From positions 32,001 through 96,000 of the forward strand of contig JAWAQR010000001.1 in the NCBI GenBank assembly GCA_038893835.1: a stretch of 64,000 nucleotides of DNA. Reading direction: 5' to 3'. The position numbers were made by a program, and so were the translations under genes. The stretch is from Archaeoglobaceae archaeon. Lineage in GTDB: Archaea; Halobacteriota; Archaeoglobi; Archaeoglobales; Archaeoglobaceae. Below, one piece after another: positions 19,732 to 29,451 of this stretch (the stretch's first letter is position 1; each line of letters begins with the position of its first letter). Below the pieces are notes generated by a model that did no database searches, was not told the DNA's origin, and worked only from the letters and a program-made list of their open reading frames with translations.

Positions 19732-21376
19732 CCTGAAGCTCGTAAAGTTCTTCCACTCTCTCGATCGTATCCGCCTCGCTCACATCCTTATCATCCCTTA
19801 AGCGTATGAACCTCGGAAATCTAAGAGCGTATCCGCTTTCGTATTTCGGACTCTTCTGAATTTCCTGATAGGCAACTTCGAAGACGTATTTTGGCAAAAA
19901 TCCCAGAATCTTTCCTTCCCTGTAAACTATAATATTTTTGAAAAGTTCAGTCAGTTCTTCTAAATCTTCATCGGTGAAACCAGTTGCAACTCTTCCAACT
20001 CTGAGCAATTTTCCGGTATTTTTGTCTATGCAAGCTAGCTCATAGGAACTTATGAGATGACTTCTCTTCCCCTCTCCCCATTCTCCTCCAACCACTACCA
20101 AATCCAGCGTCTCCATTACGGATTTGAGCTTTAACCAGTGCTTTCCTCGCTTTCCTGGAATATATGGAGATTCAGGATTTTTAAGCATCACTCCCTCATG
20201 ACCGGCGCTTATGGCCTCGTTAAATATCTTTTCCACTACATCCTTGTCTTTCGTCACAACCTGTTCGGCTATTTTGATCTTTTCAGATTCCTTTATATAT
20301 TCTTTCAACAACTCCCTCCTTTCCTTTAGAGGCTTGTCTATAACTTCTCCATTCGCATAAAGGACATCGAAAATGAAGAGCTGTAATGGGATCTTTTCAA
20401 CCATCTTTGAAACTTCATGCTTTCTTCTGAATCTCCTTAAAACATGCTGAAAAGGCAATGGCTTTCCGTCTTTAACTGCTATAACTTCTCCATCAAGAAT
20501 CACTCCTTCTTTAACACACCTCTTAATCTCCTCCACGATCTCTGGCAGAGCATTTGTTACGTTTTCAAGTTTTCTTGAATAAATCTTTAACACACCATTT
20601 CCCCAGTGAATCTGAACTCTACTTCCATCGAATTTCCATTCTACCGCAATGTTTCCATTCTCTATTGCTTCCTCAAAGCTTTCCGCAACTTGTGCAAGCA
20701 TCATTTTAACCGGAATTCCTAGCTGTATTTTCATTTCTTCAAGCCCCTTTCTTCCTTTATTTTTCGCAATCACCGCGACTTTTCCAAGGTCGTTGGTTAT
20801 CATGTAAGCTCTTTCCACTATTTCCTCATTGATTCCAAATGCCCTAGCAATCGCGTCTCTAACAATTCCTTCTCCAACTCCTAAGCGCATCTCGTTCATT
20901 ATAAGCCTTGTTATATACTTCGCCTCCAAAGGAGTTGCTTGGCCATATAAGCCAGTAAGAAGGAGGATTTTTCTTTTTCTGCTCCCCTCTCCAGTAAGAC
21001 CTGCAATCTCGTCGAATATCTCTCTCAATCTCTTCATCGTCAACTCCTCAACTTCCAGTGTCAGCATGCTCTTTTCAGTTATCAACTTCGAACTAACCAA
21101 TCCAAGATCTCCGAGTTCACGAACCATGTCTTCTATTTTTTCCTTCTTTTTTCCACTGACGTTTTCAAGGGCTTCATATAACAATCCAACTCCAACTCCT
21201 AGCTCTCTTTCATCCCAGGGTGGATAAATTCTTCCCATTATGAAAAGAACAAAATTATATAGATCATCATCGTCCTTTATCTTCTTAATTACCTCTGCAA
21301 TTCTCACAGTCAATTCCAGCGTTGAAGAGATTTTTTCAATGCTTTCACAGAATTCTGCAAAGTCCCTGAACCTCAT
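19718..21376 (-). CDS. lig: ATP-dependent DNA ligase
   Basis: EWKFDGSR (adenylated Lys), LDGE, FDVLY, EGVMLK, WLKLK, ALRFPRF..LRDDK. Confidence 0.96.
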   Translation of the reverse strand: MRFRDFAEFCESIEKISSTLELTVRIAEVIKKIKDDDDLYNFVLFIMGRIYPPWDERELGVGVGLLYEALENVSGKKKEKIEDMVRELGDLGLVSSKLITEKSMLTLEVEELTMKRLREIFDEIAGLTGEGSRKRKILLLTGLYGQATPLEAKYITRLIMNEMRLGVGEGIVRDAIARAFGINEEIVERAYMITNDLGKVAVIAKNKGRKGLEEMKIQLGIPVKMMLAQVAESFEEAIENGNIAVEWKFDGSRVQIHWGNGVLKIYSRKLENVTNALPEIVEEIKRCVKEGVILDGEVIAVKDGKPLPFQHVLRRFRRKHEVSKMVEKIPLQLFIFDVLYANGEVIDKPLKERRELLKEYIKESEKIKIAEQVVTKDKDVVEKIFNEAISAGHEGVMLKNPESPYIPGKRGKHWLKLKSVMETLDLVVVGGEWGEGKRSHLISSYELACIDKNTGKLLRVGRVATGFTDEDLEELTELFKNIIVYREGKILGFLPKYVFEVAYQEIQKSPKYESGYALRFPRFIRLRDDKDVSEADTIERVEELYELQAKKT

Positions 21377-21411
21377 GAACTTCTTTTCTCGAAATATCAC
21401 TTAAATCTTTT

Positions 21412-22191
21412 CTATGACTGGACATCTCTACTCCTCATCGCCAAAACTGCTGCTCCCAATGCTCCAACTATCTGTGGCTCTTCTGGCACTTTTATCTTTA
21501 CACCAAGTTTCTCCTCCAGCGCCTTCTTAACTCCAACGTTTTTTGCAACTCCTCCAGTTAAAACAACATCCTCCCTTACACCAACTCTATTCACCAATCC
21601 AACAATTCTGCTCGCAATGGAATCGCAGATTCCTGCAACTATCTCCTCAATTCTTTCCCCCATCGCTATGTAACTAACAACTTCAGATTCTGCAAAAACT
21701 GTGCAGGTTGAAGAGATAGTTATTCTTCTCCTAGCCCTCATGGCTATCTCTCCAAGCTCTTCTACTTTTAAATTCAGAGCATTGGCCATAACTTCAAGAA
21801 ACCTTCCTGTTCCTGCAGAGCATTTGTCGTTCATAACGAATTCCAACACCTTCCCATTCTCAACAGCGATAACCTTGCTATCCTGACCACCGATGTCGAT
21901 GACTGTGTGGACAGTTGGAATTAGAAAAAATGCTCCCACGGCATGGCAAGTGATCTCTGTCACACTTTTATCCGCAAATTTGACCCGAGATCTTCCGTAT
22001 CCAGTAGAAAAAACTTTAGAAATATCTTCTTTCCTCAATCCAGTGATCTTTAAAGTTTCTTGGAATATTTCTTCAGCCGTCTCTTCAATACTTGGCTTAA
22101 CCTTCGAAATTCTATAAGCCAAGATTCTTGAATCTTGCAATATCACGCATTTTGCTGTGAGAGAACCTATGTCGATACCGGCTGAGATCAT
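21412..22191 (-). CDS. hgdC: 2-hydroxyacyl-CoA dehydratase activase (HgdC/BcrAD ASKHA ATPase)
   Basis: GIDIGS, TGYGR, EITCHA, DIGGQDSK, NDKCSAGTGRFLE, STCTVFAESE. Confidence 0.88.
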   Translation of the reverse strand: MISAGIDIGSLTAKCVILQDSRILAYRISKVKPSIEETAEEIFQETLKITGLRKEDISKVFSTGYGRSRVKFADKSVTEITCHAVGAFFLIPTVHTVIDIGGQDSKVIAVENGKVLEFVMNDKCSAGTGRFLEVMANALNLKVEELGEIAMRARRRITISSTCTVFAESEVVSYIAMGERIEEIVAGICDSIASRIVGLVNRVGVREDVVLTGGVAKNVGVKKALEEKLGVKIKVPEEPQIVGALGAAVLAMRSRDVQS

Positions 22192-23354
22192 AACATTTCC
22201 AGAAAAGCTTCTAACCTGTTTAAAATTTGCGCCTCGCTAAATGCGCGCTCATCTACCATGTCAGCCTCGATTATAACAGCCGGAACTTTAAGCCTCTTTT
22301 GAATCTCATACTGATTGAACGAATATGGCTTGCAGCTCCTATTTGAATGCATAACTACTCCATCAACTTCGTAGAATTCTATCAGTCCGTTTATGATTTC
22401 CACCATCCTTTCAAGCCCTATGTTTAAATATGACACCGTATAAACCTCCGCAAGGCTTGAAATTAAATCTGTGCTCTTAATTGTTCCAAATCCAGTCCAA
22501 GCGTTTGTGTATGTATCTGCTACCAAGCAGGCATTTCTATTTTCAAAGAATTCACCAAGCCATCTCAGACGATACCAAATCGGTATATTATCCCATAGAA
22601 GTCTTTTCTCTTCCCTTTCTATGGCAGAAATACAATTTTTCACCCTTTCTTCAAGCTCCTCTTTCATCTCTCTGTAAAAAGATATCGCATAATCCGTTCC
22701 ACGAAGACAAACAATTGGAGCCATGTTTATAAAAGCATCGAAGCAGGTCATGGGTGATGGCTTGAATCTAGCCATTTTTAGGCATTCACCGTAAAGTTTT
22801 ACCGCTTCAACGGATTTTGTAGCAACTTCTCTTAACTTTGAATCATCCAATGGATTTCCAGTGATCTTTTCAACGAATTTTATGAAATCGTATAGTTGCT
22901 CTTCCACATATTGCAAATGATATTCTTTTAGTTCTTTTCTTATGAATGGCACGTCTAAAATGAAAAGGGGGACTTTGAATATTCTACTGAGAACTTCATA
23001 CCACTTTACAACCGTGTTACAGATATTATTACAAGCAAATAGAAAACTAGGTTTTGGCAATCCACCTATAGGACTCGTTCCCGCAAAAACACAACCAATG
23101 TCGCACCTCGCATAAGAACATAGGTCTCTAGAAAAACCCCTCTTTTCCGCAAAATCAGAGTAATAAGCTCCAAGTTTTGCAGCACCTATTAGAGCTCCAT
23201 GGTTCTCTGGATAAACTGGATAAATGTCCATCGCATATAGAATTTCCACCGGAGCTCCGCTCGTTATCCAGGCTCTGAAATTTGCACTATGTCCCATCAT
23301 GTAGTAACCTGCCATGAGATTTCTCATTCTTTCAGCAATCCTCAATCTTTTCAC
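22188..23354 (-). CDS. 2-hydroxyacyl-CoA dehydratase subunit (HgdA-like)
   Basis: YPENHG, DLCSY, NNICNT.VKW, HSNRSCK, EADMVD, RLEAFLE. Confidence 0.85.
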   Translation of the reverse strand: MKRLRIAERMRNLMAGYYMMGHSANFRAWITSGAPVEILYAMDIYPVYPENHGALIGAAKLGAYYSDFAEKRGFSRDLCSYARCDIGCVFAGTSPIGGLPKPSFLFACNNICNTVVKWYEVLSRIFKVPLFILDVPFIRKELKEYHLQYVEEQLYDFIKFVEKITGNPLDDSKLREVATKSVEAVKLYGECLKMARFKPSPMTCFDAFINMAPIVCLRGTDYAISFYREMKEELEERVKNCISAIEREEKRLLWDNIPIWYRLRWLGEFFENRNACLVADTYTNAWTGFGTIKSTDLISSLAEVYTVSYLNIGLERMVEIINGLIEFYEVDGVVMHSNRSCKPYSFNQYEIQKRLKVPAVIIEADMVDERAFSEAQILNRLEAFLEML

Positions 23355-24325
23355 TCAATCACCTCTTTTAGAGCTTCTGCTCTCGTTCTTATCTGCTCAT
23401 AAGATGAAATTGGAAATTCTAATTCGATCAACACAACTTTCTTTCCTATCTCCTCTAATTTTTCTTTAAGCTGTGGAAAGTCAAAGAAATGGGGTTCACA
23501 GAATTTAACTAACATGAAAACCACTGCCTCGCAATCTTCTGCAAGCTTCAGCAAATATCTGAATCTGTAGTCGTCATCGTAATGCTTAGTCGGGCATGGA
23601 GCTTTTTTAAAGTATTTCTCAGCCAAATACTTCAGCGCAGAATCCATATCTCTAAGCTCGAAATTTGGATAATCGAATTCAAAAGCCCTTCTTCCTGTGC
23701 AGAGATCATCCTTTAAAACAAAGCCAGCCTTTCTAAAAATTTCATAAACTTCTGGATATGGACAAACACTTCCGGTTATTAGAATTTTCTTTCCATCTCT
23801 TTTTTTAGCACACCTTAACCTTTTATCCACAAGATCTATCGCCTTTTCTACTTCCATTTGCTGAGCTTTAATTGCAAGCTCGTAATCGGCGTCGATTTCA
23901 AAAAGTCTCATAATTTTTTCTTCTAGTTCTCTATACAATTTTATACTCTCTATCAACCCTTCAAAGCTAACTTCCCCTCCCCATTTTTCCATAACTTCGA
24001 TGAAATCCCTAAGTTCTCTTACGTAGTAATCCAGGTTTCCAATCTTTGTCGGAAACTCTATGTTATGGACCTTTTTTCCGAGGAACTCCAAGATGTCTGT
24101 CAATCTCATTAGTGTATCGCAGCTCCTTGTTACAACGAATCCTTGGAAATCCTCTCCGTTAAGTATAACTTCCAGTGCACCTCTTACTTGAGAGCAGGAA
24201 TAGCTCTGGATATAAGCTGAAGCGAGAGCGATTGGTTTTTTTGTTGCGAATATTCTATAAGGCAGAAAGCCTGCTGAATGTATTATTTCCCTAGGAGTAA
24301 AGCTGCAGAAATAGCCAATCCTCAC
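23351..24325 (-). CDS. 2-hydroxyacyl-CoA dehydratase subunit (HgdB-like)
   Basis: CSFTPREII, SYSCS, RSCD, DDLCTG, PCP, KFCEPH, QIRTR.EA. Confidence 0.82.
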   Translation of the reverse strand: MRIGYFCSFTPREIIHSAGFLPYRIFATKKPIALASAYIQSYSCSQVRGALEVILNGEDFQGFVVTRSCDTLMRLTDILEFLGKKVHNIEFPTKIGNLDYYVRELRDFIEVMEKWGGEVSFEGLIESIKLYRELEEKIMRLFEIDADYELAIKAQQMEVEKAIDLVDKRLRCAKKRDGKKILITGSVCPYPEVYEIFRKAGFVLKDDLCTGRRAFEFDYPNFELRDMDSALKYLAEKYFKKAPCPTKHYDDDYRFRYLLKLAEDCEAVVFMLVKFCEPHFFDFPQLKEKLEEIGKKVVLIELEFPISSYEQIRTRAEALKEVIE

Positions 24326-24361
24326 AAAGTAGAAGGGTTTTTCAAAAAATAAAAAATTTTC

Positions 24362-24631
24362 CTATCTCGCGATCGTGATTTCTATAGTTGAAACATTAAC
24401 TTTCCTCCCATCCTGGGATTCGAGTTCTTCAGTATCTATTTTGATGTTCTTTATCTTTAAACCCTGAACAAATCTGTTTCTCACTATTTCAACGACGTCA
24501 ACTGCCCTACTGATAGCCTTTCCTCTCGCCTTAACCGTAATTTCATTTGCCCCCTCATTCAGCTGCGTTAATGTTGCAAGCACATAGTTCATGACCGGTT
24601 TTTTGCCTACCAAGATGACGTTTTCCGCCAT
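24362..24631 (-). CDS. albA: Chromatin protein Alba
   Basis: [33 protein letters not shown]. Confidence 0.96.
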   Translation of the reverse strand: MAENVILVGKKPVMNYVLATLTQLNEGANEITVKARGKAISRAVDVVEIVRNRFVQGLKIKNIKIDTEELESQDGRKVNVSTIEITIAR

Positions 24632-24703
24632 GGTGCATCACCAAAAGAGCACTTTGCTCTCAAAATTTAAATTTTGCTACAAAATAAATTTAAGTAATAA
24701 ACA

Positions 24704-26173
24704 TTAAATTAGCATGTTCAATCCCTCGATGAACGCCTCAACAGATGCCATTACAATGTCAGCTCTCGCACCTCTTGCTGTCACAATTTTATTTCCCCTT
24801 TTAAGCTGAACTACAACATCCACCAGTGCATCAGTCCCACCGGTTATCGCCTCAACATAATAACTGACGAGTTTGATATCCGCATAGCTCTTTACAGCCT
24901 TTCTTATCGCATTTATTGCAGCATCAACTGGTCCCACACCTATTGCTGTCTCAATCCTCTCTTCACCATCTATTTTCAGCCTGACGCTTGCCATTGGAGT
25001 AATATTCTTGCCCGTAACTACGGTGAAATCTTCGAGCTTCACTTTCTTTTCACTCTTTATCTGCAAAACTGTCTCTATTATCGCTTTAACGTCTGCATCC
25101 GTTATTCTCTTCCCTTTATCCCCTAATTCCTTTATTCTGGACAGTATTTCTTCCATTTGCTGCTGATTTGCAGAATAACCAAGTTCCCTCAATATCGCCT
25201 CAACACTGGCTTTTCCAGCGTGCTTCCCTAGGACTATTACTCTCTTTCTACCTATTACTTCCGGAGAAATAGGTTCGTAAGTTCTGGAATCTTTCAATAG
25301 TGCTGAAGTATGGATCCCACTTTCGTGCGTAAATGCATTGTCTCCAACGATTGGTTTGTTTGGCGGAACTACGATTCTTGTAAACTTCTCAACCAGTTTG
25401 GAAGTTGGATAGATTCTATCCTTTTTTATATCAAGCTTTATTCCATATAGAAATTCAAGAGTCATCACAACTTCTTCAAGAGCTGCATTTCCAGCTCTCT
25501 CTCCTATTCCATTTATCGTTGCGTGAAATTCATTTGCCCCATTTTTAATCGCACACACCGTATTTATCGTCGCCAATCCAAAGTCGTCATGACAATGAAT
25601 CGCTATAGGTCTTTTGAGTTCCATCTTCAACCTTCTTATTACTTCCTCAGTCTTTTCAGGAGTTAAAACTCCCACAGTATCGGCAAAGGTTAGCCTTTCA
25701 GCCTTCGCATCCTCCCCAGCTTTGAGTAATGAAATTACAAAATCCAAATCTGCTCTTGAAGCATCTTCAGCCCCAAATTCTACTATTAGTCCTCTCTCTC
25801 TAGCATATTCTATTGCTTCAATGCTCTTCTCTATCACGTAATCTTTCCCTTTTCCAGGAAACTTGGCATTTATATGGTAATCCGAAGATGGGGCTACCAT
25901 GAAAATTGAATCAGCATTTGCATCAGCTGCGGCATCGATGTCCTCTTTTTTTATCCTTGCAAAACTGCAAATCTCTGCTTTTAATCCTCTTTCAGCTATT
26001 TGCTTTATAGCCTCGAACTCACCCTTTGAGGCGATTGCAGTTCCAGCTTCGATTATATCAACTCCAAGTGAGTCGAGAGCTTCTGCAATCATGACCTTTT
26101 GCTCCACTGTAAGTGAAACCCCCGGTGTCTGCTCACCATCTCTTAGCGTGGTATCCAAGACTAGCACTTTCAC
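24704..26173 (-). CDS. LeuA/CimA-family synthase (citramalate or 2-isopropylmalate)
   Basis: LDTTLRDGEQTPG, HCHDDFG, GIGERAGN, HESGIH, LeuA dimerisation domain. Confidence 0.88.
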   Translation of the reverse strand: MKVLVLDTTLRDGEQTPGVSLTVEQKVMIAEALDSLGVDIIEAGTAIASKGEFEAIKQIAERGLKAEICSFARIKKEDIDAAADANADSIFMVAPSSDYHINAKFPGKGKDYVIEKSIEAIEYARERGLIVEFGAEDASRADLDFVISLLKAGEDAKAERLTFADTVGVLTPEKTEEVIRRLKMELKRPIAIHCHDDFGLATINTVCAIKNGANEFHATINGIGERAGNAALEEVVMTLEFLYGIKLDIKKDRIYPTSKLVEKFTRIVVPPNKPIVGDNAFTHESGIHTSALLKDSRTYEPISPEVIGRKRVIVLGKHAGKASVEAILRELGYSANQQQMEEILSRIKELGDKGKRITDADVKAIIETVLQIKSEKKVKLEDFTVVTGKNITPMASVRLKIDGEERIETAIGVGPVDAAINAIRKAVKSYADIKLVSYYVEAITGGTDALVDVVVQLKRGNKIVTARGARADIVMASVEAFIEGLNMLI

Positions 26174-26219
26174 GCTGCGATAAATGAGACAAGTTTAAAA
26201 AGCTTGTCTATGTATCCTT

Positions 26220-27209
26220 TTGATGAATCTTGAGGAATTTATAGAAATTGCTAATAGCGGGAAAGGAGATTTAAAAGAACTCTGCAAAATTGGAGAGGAA
26301 ATTCTGAAGAATTTAGATGGTCATGAACGTGGCAGAATTCTTGGAACTCTTGGAAATTTAAACTATGTTCTCGGGAATTTCGAAAAAGCTGAGAATTTTT
26401 ACCATGAAGCCTTGCTGCTATACTTGAAACTCTCGCAGGATGATGAAAGCTACATTCGATACGTTGTTGGTTGCCTTTTCAACTTGGGAAATCTTTACCA
26501 TACTTCTGGTAGGTATATGGAGGCTAAAGAATGTTACAGAGATGCATTGGAGACCTGTAATTTTTTAAAAAACGAAGAGTTCAAATTTGAAATCCTTTCA
26601 GCTTTGGGTTTACTGGAAATAAAGTTGGGGAATTATAGGGAAGCGGAAAAACTGCTAAGAGAGGCGATTGAAATAAAGAGGGATGTTAAGGTTTTGAACA
26701 ATCTTGCAGTCACTTTGATTAGACTTGGAAAAAAAGATGAAGCAAAAAAAGTTCTATTGGAAGCTTTAAAAATTGATAAAAACTTTGCAGTTTTTCAGAA
26801 TTTACTCGCACTTGGTGAAATGAACGTGGAGGAATTGGAAAACCTAGATCTTCCAATTGAGTTTAAAGCGAAGCTGAAATACTTGAAAGCTAAAAAACTC
26901 GAAAAAGAGGGAAAAGATGCAAGCAGAGAATTTTTAGAGGCCGGATGTTTGGGATTTCTTGCGATAAGAAATGGTTGCAACGATAGCATAAATTATATGC
27001 ATTGCTTTGATAAGGTTATAGAAAGTAATTCCGAACTTTCTAAAGTTGCGGAAGAACTGAAGAAAATAATCCTGCGCTGCTATTATCGTGCAGACATCGA
27101 AGTTGATGGATTGGATTTGTGGAATAAGATAAGAAGGGGAGATTTTGGCGATGGGATTTTATCGATCCTTCTTAGAAGGATCGCCGACGACGTCAAAGGA
27201 TTTCTTTAG
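26220..27209 (+). CDS. Tetratricopeptide repeat protein
   Basis: Repeated LG.L....G.Y..A...Y..AL units. Confidence 0.8.
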   Translation: MMNLEEFIEIANSGKGDLKELCKIGEEILKNLDGHERGRILGTLGNLNYVLGNFEKAENFYHEALLLYLKLSQDDESYIRYVVGCLFNLGNLYHTSGRYMEAKECYRDALETCNFLKNEEFKFEILSALGLLEIKLGNYREAEKLLREAIEIKRDVKVLNNLAVTLIRLGKKDEAKKVLLEALKIDKNFAVFQNLLALGEMNVEELENLDLPIEFKAKLKYLKAKKLEKEGKDASREFLEAGCLGFLAIRNGCNDSINYMHCFDKVIESNSELSKVAEELKKIILRCYYRADIEVDGLDLWNKIRRGDFGDGILSILLRRIADDVKGFL

Positions 27210-27662
27210 TTTTTCATACGTCTCCTCCAAAGCTTCTGGAATTATTTGAACGTCTGCAAGAATTGGCATAAAAGATGTATCTCCGTTCCATCTCGGAACT
27301 ACGTGAATATGCAAGTGCTCAGCAATACCGGCGCCAGCAACCTTTCCTATGTTTACGCCAACGTTGAAGCCATCCGGATTCATGCAGTTCTTTATCGCCC
27401 TCATCGATAATATTGTGAGCTTCATGATTTCGAGCATCTCTTCTTCATCGAGGTCTTCAAGTGAAGGAACATGGCGATTTGGGCACACCATTACATGCCC
27501 AGGATTGTATGGGTTTCTGTTCATTATTACAAAGCTCTTTGAACCCTTGTAAACCACGAGTGCATCCTTTTCATCACTTTTCAAAGCGTTACAGAAGATA
27601 CATTCTTTTGGTTTTGGGGCAAGGATGTATCTGATTCTCCAAGGAGCAAATATTCTCTCCAT
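27159..27662 (-). CDS. HIT-family nucleotide hydrolase
   Basis: APWR..YI, CIFC, PYNPGH, AGAGI..HLHIHVVPRW.GD. Confidence 0.92.
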   Translation of the reverse strand: MERIFAPWRIRYILAPKPKECIFCNALKSDEKDALVVYKGSKSFVIMNRNPYNPGHVMVCPNRHVPSLEDLDEEEMLEIMKLTILSMRAIKNCMNPDGFNVGVNIGKVAGAGIAEHLHIHVVPRWNGDTSFMPILADVQIIPEALEETYEKLKKSFDVVGDPSKKDR

Positions 27663-27682
27663 ACAAAAAATCGAACTCGATT

Positions 27683-27994
27683 TTAAATATTTCCTAAAGA
27701 TTTCTCGAGTCTGAAAAACTCTTCTAATATCTGGCTTTTTATTCTCTTAACTACTTCTCTTGGCTCTTCTGCAATGTACTTGTACCCAAGCCGTCTCTCC
27801 TCAACTATTCTTTTCTTTACAATTCCTCTTTTCGTGAGCTCTTTCAATCTTTCCCTAACAAACCTCGTCGAAAGACCTAGTTCTTTTGCGATCTCTTTAA
27901 CTCCAAGCTCCTTGTTTAGAAGGATGGAGTATATCTTTACGTCTGATGGCTTCAATTTTATTTTCTCGATTATTTCAGCTATTTCATTCAGCAT
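27683..27994 (-). CDS. Small winged-HTH regulator (TrmB-like)
   Basis: IYSILL, EIAKELGLS.RFVRERLKEL..RGIV, YKY.AEEP; GGAGGTGA RBS. Confidence 0.8.
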   Translation of the reverse strand: MLNEIAEIIEKIKLKPSDVKIYSILLNKELGVKEIAKELGLSTRFVRERLKELTKRGIVKKRIVEERRLGYKYIAEEPREVVKRIKSQILEEFFRLEKSLGNI

Positions 27995-28010
27995 TCATTC
28001 ACCTCCATAG

Positions 28011-28043
28011 TATGAAGTTTTAAAATCATAATCTATTTAAACA
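28011..28043. promoter_or_regulatory. Divergent promoter region with candidate operator
   Basis: TATGA-N10-TCATA inverted repeat at 28011-28030; TATTTAAACA at 28034-28043 can serve as a TATA box in both directions. Confidence 0.45.
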
Positions 28044-28062
28044 TTGCGAAAGCATAATTACT

Positions 28063-29451
28063 ATGATCGACAAAGTTAGTTTGTTCTCTCATTTTATTAA
28101 TCCGATTACCAGATTAGGTTTAAAACAAATTTCCTCTTATTGTGAAGATTGTGGGAAAAATAGGATCGAAGTGGCACTTGAATTATTTGTGGGAGTTCGT
28201 AAAAATTCATGCTGGAAATGTAAGGCTGCTGAAAAGTTGATAGAACCGGTTTTGACGAGAGGTGGAGACAGCTTTAATGTTACGGTTGATGAGCTAAAGG
28301 AGAAATTTAAGGATCCCTACTGGCGCAAAGGGCTGGCAAGTGTGATAAAGGGTTTGGCAGAATTTGGAGTTAGAAAGCCATTCGTTCCCGGTGCACCGTT
28401 TCAAGTCGTATGGGATATAACTTATGCCTGCAACCTTCGATGCAAACACTGCTATGCAACAGCCGGTAAACCTTTGGAAAACGAGTTGACAACGGAAGAA
28501 GCTATGGACGTAATAGATAAGCTGGACAGACTGGGTGTGACGATTATAGCTTTTTCAGGTGGAGAACCGTTGGTAAGAAGAGACATTTATGAATTGACGA
28601 AATATGCAGCTGAGAAAGGAATATATGTTGCAATCGCAACAAATGGGATAATGATAAATGATGAAGTTGCGAGGAAGTTGAAAGAGAGTGGTGTAAGTTA
28701 TCTTCAGATCAGTCTAGATGGAATGAGGGAAACACATGAAGCTTTTCGCGGGATAAAAGGGATTTTTGATAGAACTGTAGAAGGAATAAAGAATGCAGTT
28801 AAAAATGGCTTTTTTGTCAACGTCTCGATGACCGTGACGAGATACAATTATGGAGAGGTTGAAGAGGTAATAAAGTTATGTGAAGAGCTTGGTGTAAACT
28901 GGTTCATGCATTACAACTTCATTCCAACTGGCAGAGGTAAAGAAATCGTTGAGGCAGATATAACTCCGGAACAGAGAGAGAAATTGCTTAGGATGCTTTA
29001 TGAAAGAAATTTCAATTCAAACATAAGCCTTCTCTCAACGGCACCCCAGTTTGCTAGAATAGCCTTTCAATGCTCTGGGAGCATAATACCAACGCACTTC
29101 TACAATGTAAATGCTGGAGAGAGACTTAAACAGCTTGCTGAATTCATAGGTGGCTGTGGAGCGGGAAGATTTTACTTTGCAATAAAAGCAAATGGCGATA
29201 TTACTCCTTGTGTCTTCTTCCCCTTAGTCGTTGGAAACGTTAGATTTGACGATCTTGAAGACTTGTGGAAGAACAACAGAGTATTCGAGGATTTGAGAAA
29301 CAAGGATAAAATAGAGGGTTGTGGTGAATGCGATTATCGTTACGTTTGTGGAGGATGTAGGGCAAGGGCTTACAACTATTTTAGTGATTATTTGAAGCCA
29401 GATCCTGGTTGCATTAGAAATAAGGCAGTTTGGAAGAAAATAACTGTATGA
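28063..29451 (+). CDS. Radical SAM/SPASM protein, probable GMGT (H-GDGT) synthase Gms-like
   Basis: CNLRCKHC, SGGEP, GGCGAGR, TPCVF, CGEC....CGGCRARA, PDPGC; N-terminal extension with CEDC/CWKC and DPYWRKG...G.AEFG..KP...GAPF. rSAM/SPASM is certain, Gms is inferred. Confidence 0.7.
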   Translation: MIDKVSLFSHFINPITRLGLKQISSYCEDCGKNRIEVALELFVGVRKNSCWKCKAAEKLIEPVLTRGGDSFNVTVDELKEKFKDPYWRKGLASVIKGLAEFGVRKPFVPGAPFQVVWDITYACNLRCKHCYATAGKPLENELTTEEAMDVIDKLDRLGVTIIAFSGGEPLVRRDIYELTKYAAEKGIYVAIATNGIMINDEVARKLKESGVSYLQISLDGMRETHEAFRGIKGIFDRTVEGIKNAVKNGFFVNVSMTVTRYNYGEVEEVIKLCEELGVNWFMHYNFIPTGRGKEIVEADITPEQREKLLRMLYERNFNSNISLLSTAPQFARIAFQCSGSIIPTHFYNVNAGERLKQLAEFIGGCGAGRFYFAIKANGDITPCVFFPLVVGNVRFDDLEDLWKNNRVFEDLRNKDKIEGCGECDYRYVCGGCRARAYNYFSDYLKPDPGCIRNKAVWKKITV

